Of a stretch of DNA of 28,697 nucleotides, positions 8,685 to 17,001 are shown piece after piece. Every line of letters begins with the position of its first letter. Positions within the stretch are counted from its first letter, which is position 1. Made by a program: the position numbers and the translations under genes. The notes under the pieces were generated by a model. It was given only the letters and a program-made list of their open reading frames with translations, ran no database searches and was not told the DNA's origin. The stretch is from Candidatus Methylomirabilis sp. (GTDB lineage Bacteria > Methylomirabilota > Methylomirabilia > Methylomirabilales > Methylomirabilaceae): positions 1-28,697 of the forward strand of contig JBGQJI010000016.1 of NCBI GenBank assembly GCA_041498975.1, read 5' to 3'.

Positions 8685-9323
8685 TCACTCGCGGCCCCCC
8701 AGGTACGAGCGCTCGATGCCGAAGATGATCTTGATCGAGGTGGCGATCCCGCCGAGGCTGATCCCGATAATGATGCCTCGCCGGGCGGCGGTGTTCAGGA
8801 CGTTCAGCAGCCAACCGGCCAGTGGACCGGCGGCGGGGACCAAATATTCGCCCAACGGTACCCGACCGAACATCATGACGATCGCCGCCACCAGCAGAAC
8901 CGCAGCCTCCTTGCTCCTGGCCCGGAAGGCCCGGAATGCGGCCGAGGCGACGAAGAATCCCAGCGTGGCAAACATCGTGCCCTGCAGCGCCAGCAGGGTG
9001 TAGGTGTAGATCCAGCCAAATCCTGTTCCCTCCTCCTGTCCGCCTGCCCATAGGCCGATCACGACCGTCGCCAGCATTGACACATAGACCACCACGCTAT
9101 ACCCCCAGCCTGCGACTCGTGTCCGGATCTTTGCATAGTGGACGTGGCAGAGGCTCGCGACCCCGAGGATCATGGCAAACCCGAGGATGATCCTGAGCCA
9201 GACGGAGACCTCGGTGAGCGCCGCCTCCGAGAGCGGGTGGGGGATGTAATACTGGATGGCGAAGGCCACGCCAAACAGGAAGGTGAGGAACAGCGGGAGC
9301 GTCCGTCGCAGAAACAGAATCAT
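8685..9323 (-). CDS. Conserved hypothetical membrane protein (about 6 TM) of the cluster
   Basis: TMFATLGFFVASAAFRAFRARSKEA, LNTAARRGIIIG, IFGIERSYLG motifs. Confidence 0.82.
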   Translation of the reverse strand: MILFLRRTLPLFLTFLFGVAFAIQYYIPHPLSEAALTEVSVWLRIILGFAMILGVASLCHVHYAKIRTRVAGWGYSVVVYVSMLATVVIGLWAGGQEEGTGFGWIYTYTLLALQGTMFATLGFFVASAAFRAFRARSKEAAVLLVAAIVMMFGRVPLGEYLVPAAGPLAGWLLNVLNTAARRGIIIGISLGGIATSIKIIFGIERSYLGGRE

Positions 9324-9372
9324 CGAAACACCCTACTGCGCACGCCGTACCTCGCACTTCGCACCTCGCACC

Positions 9373-10647
9373 TCACTTGAAGTCGCGGAACAGTTGCAGC
9401 ACGGGCGCGAATAGCTGGGTCCCGGCGACCGCGCCGATGGTCGCCAGGATGGTCCCGATCACCATCGAGATCAGGAGAAACGCCTTCCCAAAGTCCTGCC
9501 CGCGCAGGGTGCCGACCAGCACCGGCTCGCGCGAGAGGTACGCGCTGGCGGCATACAGCTCCTCGCCGATCAGGGTGTAGTCGCACGTCGTGATGAAGAA
9601 CGGCAACTGCAGGTCGGCATCGGTCCCGGCGATCTGGATCGCGCCGGTTCCAGCGCCGGTCTCCGCCAGGAGCAGCGCCTCAGCATAGTAGAAGCCCATG
9701 AAGAAGTTGGCCGCCGGCCTCTCTCGCAGCATGATCCCATCGACCGCAGCCGCGTAGCTGAACTGATCCGAGGTGATAAAGAAGTTCGAATCCTCCCGAT
9801 ACGCATCGGGCCGCCCGGCCTCCAGATACGACTCCTTCACGATCTCCTGACAGATGGCCATCACGATCGGGTCACGGTGCGGGACCTTGAGTTGCGTGTC
9901 GTACGCTGCAGTCCGCTTGGCCACCTGCCCAAGGATCACCGTGGCCGCGATGGTCGAGAGGCTCGACATGTCGTCCGAGCCGGTCAGGTAGAGGATCGGC
10001 CGCCCCATCTCCGTGGCTCGGCCGATCGCCTCCTCCACTGCATCGAGACCCGGGATGCGGCGCAGGAAGATATTGGGCCGCCGCTTGGCATGGGCGATCG
10101 CGACCAGGACAAGGGCTGAGAAGAGCACCATCAGGAGGAAGTTGTTTGCCTTTGCCCAGTTGAAGAAGTTCGGCTCAGGGACCGCCGATCGGATTGGCCC
10201 TTCGACGGTCTGCGTTCCGTCGGTGACGGCCACCTTGAAGAAGTAAGGCCGCCCGTTTACGAGGCGGAGGTCCCTGGTCGATTTGACCTGGTAAAAGTGG
10301 AAATTCTTGGTCCGGTCCCAGCTCCACCAGGGCCGATCGACATCGCTCTTGTAGCGGGTGTTGGCGGGGAACTCATCGAGTAGTGTAAAGGGGCCGCCCT
10401 CCTGATCGGCGATGGAGATCCGATAGCGGAGCGTCGGCGCATCGAAGGGGGCGGATCGCCACGCAAGCCCGACGCTCCCTCCACCATCACCGGGCATGTC
10501 GAAGGCTTCGAACTGCTCGGGTGGAGCGAGGGGGAATGCCAGGGTAGAGGGTACAGGGTAGAGGGTGAACAAGAGAACAAGAAGGAGGATCACCTGTGAA
10601 CGGCGCCCACAGTTCGGAGTTCGGAGTTCGGAGTTCGGAGTTTTCAA
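9373..10647 (-). CDS. Fibronectin-III-like extracellular domain + DUF6754-like membrane domain protein
   Basis: Signal peptide; AFDMPGDGG...LVNGRPYFFKV FN3-like region; TM; then LRRIPGLDAVEEAIGRATEMGRP...AEALLLAETG...IQIAGT...LIGEELYAASAYL. Start uncertain (TTG 10647, GTG 10593 or ATG 10734). Confidence 0.8.
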   Translation of the reverse strand: MKTPNSELRTPNCGRRSQVILLLVLLFTLYPVPSTLAFPLAPPEQFEAFDMPGDGGGSVGLAWRSAPFDAPTLRYRISIADQEGGPFTLLDEFPANTRYKSDVDRPWWSWDRTKNFHFYQVKSTRDLRLVNGRPYFFKVAVTDGTQTVEGPIRSAVPEPNFFNWAKANNFLLMVLFSALVLVAIAHAKRRPNIFLRRIPGLDAVEEAIGRATEMGRPILYLTGSDDMSSLSTIAATVILGQVAKRTAAYDTQLKVPHRDPIVMAICQEIVKESYLEAGRPDAYREDSNFFITSDQFSYAAAVDGIMLRERPAANFFMGFYYAEALLLAETGAGTGAIQIAGTDADLQLPFFITTCDYTLIGEELYAASAYLSREPVLVGTLRGQDFGKAFLLISMVIGTILATIGAVAGTQLFAPVLQLFRDFK

Positions 10648-10761
10648 GTCACCGTCGATGATCGACGAACTCTGGACTATGAACGTCCTGACTGATGGAC
10701 GTTGGCAGTTTAGGTTTGACCGATTTCGGTTCATAGTTCGTTGTTTACAGTTCGTGGTTTC

Positions 10762-10945
10762 TAGGGTCCCGAATCAGAAATTCGCGCAATAAGATCCCCT
10801 CGCCCCCAGTGGGGGAGAGGGAAAAGGGTGAGGGGTGATTCGCGCCGGAAGGACCCTCACCCACACCCTCTCCCAGAGGGAGAGGGGAGAAGAAAGGCTC
10901 AGATCGTGTCCGGAAATAGTCATCGGATTTCCGACTCGGACACTA
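10762..10945. mobile_element. MITE-like element containing CCCTCTCCC/GGGAGAGGG REP palindromes
   Basis: Imperfect TIRs TAGGGTCCCGAATCAGAAATTCG / CGGATTTCCGACTCGGACACTA with TA at both ends; internal CCCCTCGCCCCC-GGGGGAGAGGG and CCCTCTCCC-GGGAGAGGG hairpins. Confidence 0.6.
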
Positions 10946-11207
10946 TAGCAAGCGCATTAAATGGTGTTACATTGTCATTGCAAGCGACCAACGGGCCTGC
11001 CCTGAGTCTCATCGAGAGAGCGCGGCAATCCGACACGCAGTGTCGTTGCGAGCGAAGCGAAGCAATCTCGAACTCGGCACGATGGTAGGATAGATTGCTT
11101 TGTCGCTCCACTCCTCGCAATGACGGACGAGGGATCTCGTTCCTCGCAATGACACGGGTCGGGGGACTTTCTGGGCAATGACACTTTTCTTGGTGCGTTT
11201 GCTATAG
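10943..11207. mobile_element. MITE-like element containing several GTCATTGCGAG/CTCGCAATGAC REP motifs
   Basis: TIRs CTATAGCAAGCGCATTAA / TTGGTGCGTTTGCTATAG (15/18); internal GTCATTGC, GTCGTTGCGAG..GCAATCTC and CTCGCAATGAC x2. Confidence 0.65.
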
Positions 11208-11268
11208 ATTCCGACAGGACATCTATGAACTCTGGACTATGACGGGCTTTGTCCGCGTCGGCGCCACG

Positions 11269-12408
11269 TCAACTCTCCAGCAGCTCGACGTTTGCGCGGG
11301 GGACCAAGACCCGTTGTCCATCCTCAAACTCCGCCTCCAGGACGCGCACCTTGCTCCCTGTAGGAAGAAGCCGAAGGTCGGCGGGAAGAGCGGCCACCTT
11401 GCAGATCCGGCCGAAGTGCGGCTCCCGGATGATCCGGATGTGATCCCCGACCCTCAGGCCACCCCCGGCTTTGGATACTTCCTTTTCCGACCGCTGACCG
11501 CTGACCGCTGACCGCTCTCCCAACGGTATGATCACCTCCGGCCTGATGACGCCGGCCCGGATCTGCGTGGCCCCTGAACAGGATGCGCGGCGGCCAACCT
11601 TGGAAGCCAGGAGGTCGAAGGTCCGCGTGGCCATGGCGATTCGGCCAAATCCCTCGGTGATGATCAGCGTAAAGCCAACCTGCTCCGTCCCGGTGATGGC
11701 GACACCGAGGTCGCGTCCGAGCAGCGCCCTCAGGTCGGGGTCGTCTATTCCACCGACGACGATGGCCCTGACGCCGACCTGCTTCGCCCTGGCGAAGCCA
11801 TCGCGGCCGATCAGCGATCCGCCAACCAGGACCGTTCCCCGATCGGCTTCGGTGATACGCTCCGGCGTGAGCATCTCCTCCGGGTCGGCCGCGCCCATCG
11901 CGATCGTTCCGACGGCCTCCCCGCCGATCCCGAAGATCCCCTGCACCAGGCTGCACGCCGTTTCTACTGACGCTCCCTGGCCCGGGAAGGTCTCGACCAC
12001 GACGCCATCCAGGTAGGCGGAGAGCGCGAGCGGCTTTGGCGGCTCCCGGAGAAAAACCTGCCCGGTCACCTCGGAGATGCTCTCGACGGTTCCGGTCACA
12101 GGGGCAGGCACGCGGGTCTTCAGCCATTTGATGAATGGCCGGTTCTCGGCTATCGGTTCGCCCTCCAGGACCGGATCGCCCTCTCGCTTCAGCATGTACC
12201 GACGGATCTCTTCCGGAGAGATCCCGAGGAGGTTGACCACGTTAACGGTGTGCACCCTGCCGGGCAGATCGGTCTGGGCGATCACCGTGGTCGCCGTGAC
12301 AGCCTGTCCTTCCTGTACAAGGACCTGACCGGGGATCGGCAGGATCCGCCGCTTCCGAACGACGGTTCGCGGCGTGACGCGCAGCCCTGGTGTGTAGGAA
12401 TGAGCCAT
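11269..12408 (-). CDS. Conserved hypothetical GlmL-associated protein (barrel-sandwich-hybrid-like repeats, C-terminal KOW/SH3-like domain)
   Basis: MAHSYTPGL start at 12408; GQVLVQEGQAV, APVTGTVESI, QGIFGIGGE, LIITEGFG, GATQIRAGVIRPEVII, LRVGDHIRIIREPHFG motifs. Confidence 0.8.
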   Translation of the reverse strand: MAHSYTPGLRVTPRTVVRKRRILPIPGQVLVQEGQAVTATTVIAQTDLPGRVHTVNVVNLLGISPEEIRRYMLKREGDPVLEGEPIAENRPFIKWLKTRVPAPVTGTVESISEVTGQVFLREPPKPLALSAYLDGVVVETFPGQGASVETACSLVQGIFGIGGEAVGTIAMGAADPEEMLTPERITEADRGTVLVGGSLIGRDGFARAKQVGVRAIVVGGIDDPDLRALLGRDLGVAITGTEQVGFTLIITEGFGRIAMATRTFDLLASKVGRRASCSGATQIRAGVIRPEVIIPLGERSAVSGQRSEKEVSKAGGGLRVGDHIRIIREPHFGRICKVAALPADLRLLPTGSKVRVLEAEFEDGQRVLVPRANVELLES

Positions 12409-12486
12409 GTTTACCCCAATGTTTCGCGTTCCGCGTTTCGGGTTTCGGGTTCTAAACTCGGAACTCGGAACCCGAAACTCCAAACT

Positions 12487-14292
12487 TCATTCTGGGTAAA
12501 GATCGACGGCCTTTGCCCAGGCGCGCAGTTGCGCGGCCCGTTCCGAAGGCTCCGCTGGCAGGACCAGCGGGCGACCTCGGGCATCCAGGATCAGCCCGAC
12601 CACGCCGCCTTTCGCCTTCAGTGCCACTGCCTTGCCCTTGCCAGCGCCCAGGTCAAAACCCCTCGCAGGCTCGGCCTGAAGATCGGCCTCCTCCCCCAGT
12701 GCGAGCTCGATGCGAAGAAGACCCCCGAAACGGAGCGTCCCTCCCGCTTCCCGCCCGCCCGCGAACCGGACGGTATACGCGAAACAGGGCTCACCCGGCT
12801 TCGCGCTCCCCTCAGCAGCAAGGCAACTTCCAAGAGGAATCAAGCAGTCCTTCAGGAAGACCTCGGTGGCGGCCTGCTCATTCACCTGGGACAGTACGCC
12901 CAGATGCGGCATCATGAAGATGCTGTCCACAGCCAGCACCGTGAGGCCCAGCGGCTGGTACGCGTCGATCATCATCATCATCGCCTGGACCCGGCGCGGC
13001 GCGTGTGAGAGGATCCCGCCGCTGCCGATGATCAGGTCGATCCGGTACAGGTCGATGAGGCTCTTCGCGCCTTCCTCCTGCTCGAACGCATCAGCGATGG
13101 TCCGCTCCTGCTGAACGCCTTTCAAGCCGACCGCAAGCGCCTTGTGTTGCTCGAGGGCCAGGCGCAGCGCCTCTCGGGCCACCGCCTGCTCCAGGGCCAG
13201 GTCCTCCTGCGTCTGAGGGACGGTGGTGGGACGGATCATCTTATTCTTGATCCGGTTTCGCACGTCCTGCTCCGGAAGCGACAGGGGAAGCCATCGCTGG
13301 ATCTTCTCGAGGCCGGCCTCGGCCAGGACGTTGCTGATGCTGTAGCTCATCCCAAGATTGGCGCTGACCGTCCGTGTGAACTGCCCGTCCACGACCGAGA
13401 AGACATCGGTCGTGGCGCCCCCGATGTCCACTCCAAGCAGGTTCAACCCCTGCTGCTTCGCCGCTTTTTCCATGATGACACCGACAGCGGCAGGCGTCGG
13501 CATGATCGGCGCTCCGGTCCAACCGATCAGGACCCCATATCCGGGCGCCTGGGCCATGACATGCTCCAGGAAAAGGTCGTGAATCTTGTGACGGGCGGGC
13601 GCCAGGTTCTCACGCTCCAGGACGGGACGGATGTTGTCTGTAATGACGAGGGCGGTCCGGTCGCCCAAAATCTCCTGGATCCGGCCACGGGCATCTCTGT
13701 TGCCCGCGAAGATGACCGGCAGCTTAAAACCTCCGCCAAGGCGGGGCTTCGGGTCGGCCGCCCGGATATACTCCGCGAGCTCCACGACGTGCGAGATGGT
13801 TCCGCCGTCGGTCCCGCCCGACAGCAGAATCATATCGGGCCGCAGATGCCGTATCCGCTCGATCTTCTCGTACGCGGCCCTGCCATCATTGCTGGCCATA
13901 ACGTCCATGACGATGGCCCCGGCCCCGAGGGCGCAGCGCTGGGCGCTTTCGGCGGTCATGGCCATCACCACGCCCGCCACCATCATCTGGAGGCCGCCGC
14001 CCGCGCTGCTTGTGGAGACGTAGATATCGACCCCGCGATTCCCGTCCGCGGGCGTCAGGATCTTCTCCCCCTCCAGGATCCTCCGCCCCGATAGCTCCTC
14101 CACCTCCTGGATGGCATTCAGGACACCTCGCGTCACGTCGTCGAATGGAGCCTCGACCGTGGTCGGCGCCTCGCCCCGAAACGTCTGCCGGTACTCGCCG
14201 CCCACCCTCTCGATAAGGATCGCCTTGGTCGTCGTACTGCCGCAGTCGGTGGCCAGGATCGTCGTCATCCCAAGGCCTGTCGAGCTAGTCAT
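12487..14292 (-). CDS. GlmL/MutL-like (glutamate mutase L family) actin-like ASKHA ATPase
   Basis: Phosphate-1 motif TDCGSTTTKA, SSAGGGL, LSGGTDGG, MPTPAAV, phosphate-2 motif VDIGGATTDVFS, RTVSANLGMSYS, IGSGGILSHAP. Confidence 0.88.
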   Translation of the reverse strand: MTSSTGLGMTTILATDCGSTTTKAILIERVGGEYRQTFRGEAPTTVEAPFDDVTRGVLNAIQEVEELSGRRILEGEKILTPADGNRGVDIYVSTSSAGGGLQMMVAGVVMAMTAESAQRCALGAGAIVMDVMASNDGRAAYEKIERIRHLRPDMILLSGGTDGGTISHVVELAEYIRAADPKPRLGGGFKLPVIFAGNRDARGRIQEILGDRTALVITDNIRPVLERENLAPARHKIHDLFLEHVMAQAPGYGVLIGWTGAPIMPTPAAVGVIMEKAAKQQGLNLLGVDIGGATTDVFSVVDGQFTRTVSANLGMSYSISNVLAEAGLEKIQRWLPLSLPEQDVRNRIKNKMIRPTTVPQTQEDLALEQAVAREALRLALEQHKALAVGLKGVQQERTIADAFEQEEGAKSLIDLYRIDLIIGSGGILSHAPRRVQAMMMMIDAYQPLGLTVLAVDSIFMMPHLGVLSQVNEQAATEVFLKDCLIPLGSCLAAEGSAKPGEPCFAYTVRFAGGREAGGTLRFGGLLRIELALGEEADLQAEPARGFDLGAGKGKAVALKAKGGVVGLILDARGRPLVLPAEPSERAAQLRAWAKAVDLYPE

Positions 14293-14735
14293 CGGCGACC
14301 CGCCTCCTCCTCCCGGGCTTCGCGACCGTGTCGTGAGCCGGGCCGAGGCCTGCGCTGAGCCCGGTCGAAGCGGGCCTGCCCTGAGTCCAGTCGAAGGGCG
14401 CCGTCGAGCGAGCGCAGCCGGTCGGCAAATATCGCCGGGGCCTCCCGGCGTTCCAGCAAACGGGCGAGCCGTTCGATGTCATCGGGTGGGGCGATCATTC
14501 CCATGATCGGTGCCAGGGCATGGACGAGCTGGCTTCCGGCGAAGCCAAGCGGGGCGAGAGACTCCACGAGGAAGATGCCGGGCGTCGCGAGACCGCGATC
14601 AGCCAGCAGGCGGGCGAAGCGATCCAGGAGCGCGAGATCGTCCTCGTCTAACTGGTCGGGCTGCCCATTGAGGGCAAAGGCATGACCGAGGCCACGCAGC
14701 AGGCGGCCCCAGACCTGTCGGTCAAAGGCGTTCAT
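14289..14735 (-). CDS. Conserved hypothetical protein (first gene of the GlmL cluster)
   Basis: LLDRFARLLADRGLATPGIFLVESLAPLGFAGSQ core; ATGA overlap with the GlmL gene; C-terminus runs through a palindromic repeat. Confidence 0.7.
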   Translation of the reverse strand: MNAFDRQVWGRLLRGLGHAFALNGQPDQLDEDDLALLDRFARLLADRGLATPGIFLVESLAPLGFAGSQLVHALAPIMGMIAPPDDIERLARLLERREAPAIFADRLRSLDGALRLDSGQARFDRAQRRPRPGSRHGREAREEEAGRR

Positions 14736-14838
14736 AGTTCGTAGTTCATGGTTCGTAGTTCATGCTTTTCTAGAGTCAACCTACGTACCCCTAAGCCATG
14801 AACTCTGAACGGTGAACTCTGAACTGTGAACCATGAAC
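14731..14838. repeat. Inverted pair of heptamer arrays (GTTCATA/GTTCGTA versus TGAACTC/TGAACTG)
   Basis: 5 units on the left and 6 complementary units on the right; can form an imperfect hairpin. Confidence 0.75.
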
Positions 14839-14843
14839 GCTTA

Positions 14844-15215
14844 TTACTTAGGGGCGGGAGGGGCCTGTCCCGGAGGCGACGGTTTTCCGGCAGGGGGTGC
14901 TGGCGGCGCCGGAGTTCCGGCGGGAGCTGCGGGAGCTGGAGCAGCCTGTTTGGCCCGCTCTTCTGTGATGACGGACGAGGCAGCCCTGCGCCCCGAATAA
15001 ATGGCAAGAACGAGGGACGAAACCATAAAGAGAAAAGCCGCCGCCGTGGTCATCTTGCTCAAGAAGGTTGCGGCGCCTCGGCCCCCGAAGACGGTCTGGC
15101 TCGAACCCCCGCCAAAAGCCGCGCCAATATCGGCGCCTTTGCCGCTCTGAAGCAGGACCACCAGGATGAGGACAAACGCCAGGACCAGATGCACGACTGA
15201 AAGGGTAATGAACAT
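14844..15215 (-). CDS. secG: Preprotein translocase subunit SecG
   Basis: VVLLQSGKGADIGAAFGGGSSQTVFGGRGAATFLSKMT; AGGAGG RBS; canonical position after tpiA. Confidence 0.96.
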   Translation of the reverse strand: MFITLSVVHLVLAFVLILVVLLQSGKGADIGAAFGGGSSQTVFGGRGAATFLSKMTTAAAFLFMVSSLVLAIYSGRRAASSVITEERAKQAAPAPAAPAGTPAPPAPPAGKPSPPGQAPPAPK

Positions 15216-15302
15216 CTCTACCTCCTAAATGCGTTCATGGTTCATAGTTGATAGTTCACAGTTCATGGCTCACAGAACACACTTAGTGCCCTGGTTCATA
15301 AG

Positions 15303-15919
15303 TATGGCAACGTATTCTTCGGGAGACCCGTCCCCCGCTCGCCCTGAGGAGGCCCGTAGGGCCAAATCCCGTTCATCCTGAGGAGGCGCGGTGTTTTCGC
15401 GCCGTCTCGAAGGACCTGTCCTGAGGCATCTCGAAGGATCGAAGGGCCGTGGTTTGTTCTCGTCCTCTCATCGGAACGGCTTCCGACGTTGAGCCAACCG
15501 CGATATGTCGGCCCAATTGCCTCGCACCAACGCCTCTTTCTTCTTACGACTCCACCCCTTGATCTGACGTTCCGCGGCCAATGCTTCCTCGCGGGAGGCG
15601 AACTGTTGCGTAAACACCACCCGAACGGGCCGGCGGGTTGAGGTGTACCCGCGCAACTCACCCCGTTCATGCTGTAGGACGCGCTTCTCCAACTCGTCGG
15701 TGTGCCCAACGTAGTAGGATCGATCGCCGCACTGGAGCATGTACACCCAAAAGAGCATCACGCGTCTTCCTGGACTGACGCGGTGATCGAAATCCAAACG
15801 CCCGGCGGGAGCGCCCCCCGTCGAGACGCCGCTTAGCCACCCATCGAGACGGCCCTACGGGCCTCCTCAGGGTGAACGGAACCCACGTTTCGCCGACACA
15901 CACAAGACTACGTTGCACA
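15303..15919. mobile_element. GIY-YIG cassette flanked by inverted REP-like palindromes, inserted between tpiA and secG
   Basis: Left CCCTGAGGAGGCCCGTAGGGCC and CCGTTCATCCTGAGGAGGCG..CGTCTCGAAGG; right, in inverted orientation, TCGAGACGGCCCTACGGGCCTCCTCAGGGTGAACGG; outer IRs GCAACGTATTCTT / AAGACTACGTTGC. Confidence 0.65.
15468..15758 (-). CDS. GIY-YIG nuclease family protein (UPF0213-like)
   Basis: FWVYMLQCGDRSYYVGHTDELEKRVLQHERG...YTSTRRPV...EALAAERQIKGWSRKKKEAL. Confidence 0.92.
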   Translation of the reverse strand: MLFWVYMLQCGDRSYYVGHTDELEKRVLQHERGELRGYTSTRRPVRVVFTQQFASREEALAAERQIKGWSRKKKEALVRGNWADISRLAQRRKPFR

Positions 15920-16103
15920 CGTCGCTATATTTTTGCTGGAGTGTAGGTAGTGAAGGCTGGCTCCACTCCAGACCGTCCTCTGCTATGAACCTCAACTGGG
16001 GGCCGTGAACTCTGAAGCGTGAGTGTTCATAGTTCACAGTGGATAGTCGATAGATTCTTCGATAAAGCCCGGCGGTTCTGAGCTATGAACTCTGAATGCT
16101 GGA

Positions 16104-16865
16104 CTATGGACTGACTGCGGCTCTGGCGATCGAAGCGAACGAATCGGCCTGCAGACTGGCCCCACCAACCAGCGCGCCGTCGATCTCCGATCGTCTGAGC
16201 AGCTCCTTGGCGTTCTCCGGCTTGACGCTTCCCCCATAGAGGATGCGGGCGCCCTCCGCGACGTCGTCGCCGAACAGGCCGGCGATGGTCTTCCGGACAT
16301 GGGCGTGCATCTCCTCGGCCTGGCTCGGGGTGGCGGTTTTTCCCGTGCCGATGGCCCAGACCGGCTCATAGGCGAGCGTGAGTGCTCGAACCTGCTCCGG
16401 AACGAAGCCAGACAGCGCACCCTTCACCTGCGCCTCCACGACGCGGGAAGCGCGCCCCGCCTCCCGCTCTGAGAGAATCTCTCCAACACAGATGATCGGG
16501 GTGAGGCCGCCTGCCATCGCGGCCAAGCTCTTCCGGTTCACGCTCTCATCGGTCTCTCCGAAGTACTGGCGTCGCTCGGAGTGGCCGACGATCACATAGC
16601 GGCACCCGGCATCCCGGAGCATCTCTGCTGACACCTCGCCCGTGTAGGCCCCCTCCTTGGCCCAATGCAGGTTCTGCGCGCCCAGGCCGATCTTCGACCC
16701 GGCGATGACCTGGCGTACAGCCGCAAGCGCCGTAAATGGCGGGCAAACGACGACCTCGAACCCGTCGGGGGCGGACAACTCCTTCAGCACCGCCCCGGCC
16801 AGTACGACCGCCTCGGAGGGCGTCTTGTACATCTTCCAGTTGCCGGCAATAAGGGGTGTCCTCAT
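16104..16865 (-). CDS. tpiA: Triosephosphate isomerase
   Basis: IAGNWKM, GAYTGEVS, IVGHSERR, AYEPVWAIGTG, LYGGSVKP, LVGGASL. Confidence 0.98.
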   Translation of the reverse strand: MRTPLIAGNWKMYKTPSEAVVLAGAVLKELSAPDGFEVVVCPPFTALAAVRQVIAGSKIGLGAQNLHWAKEGAYTGEVSAEMLRDAGCRYVIVGHSERRQYFGETDESVNRKSLAAMAGGLTPIICVGEILSEREAGRASRVVEAQVKGALSGFVPEQVRALTLAYEPVWAIGTGKTATPSQAEEMHAHVRKTIAGLFGDDVAEGARILYGGSVKPENAKELLRRSEIDGALVGGASLQADSFASIARAAVSP

Positions 16866-16874
16866 TTAGATTCC

Positions 16875-17001
16875 TAGGGTGGAGGGTACAGGGTTTAGGG
16901 TAAATGCCCTGAAAGACCCTCCTGAGCCCCATGCCCTGCACCCTCTACCCTCTACCCTATCCCCTTTACCCTTTCCCCTATACGCTATACCCTCTACCCT
17001 A
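16875..17001. repeat. Inverted heptamer arrays (AGGGTnn / nnACCCT) between pgk and tpiA
   Basis: TAGGGTG GAGGGTA CAGGGTT TAGGGTA ... ACCCTCT ACCCTCT ACCCTAT; near-identical family at 19892-19995. Confidence 0.75.

Noticed and set aside
8611..9051. 146-aa ORF ending in the same IERSYLGGRE
   Set aside because: Off-frame overlap of the 212-aa gene; only its last 25 codons (the mini-ORF) are meaningful
12487..14292. Calling this mutL (mismatch repair) or a glutamate mutase operon
   Set aside because: Motifs are ASKHA, not GHKL, and no mutase subunits are present
14740..14840. tRNA-Leu often found after secG
   Set aside because: No cloverleaf or T-loop; only heptamer repeats
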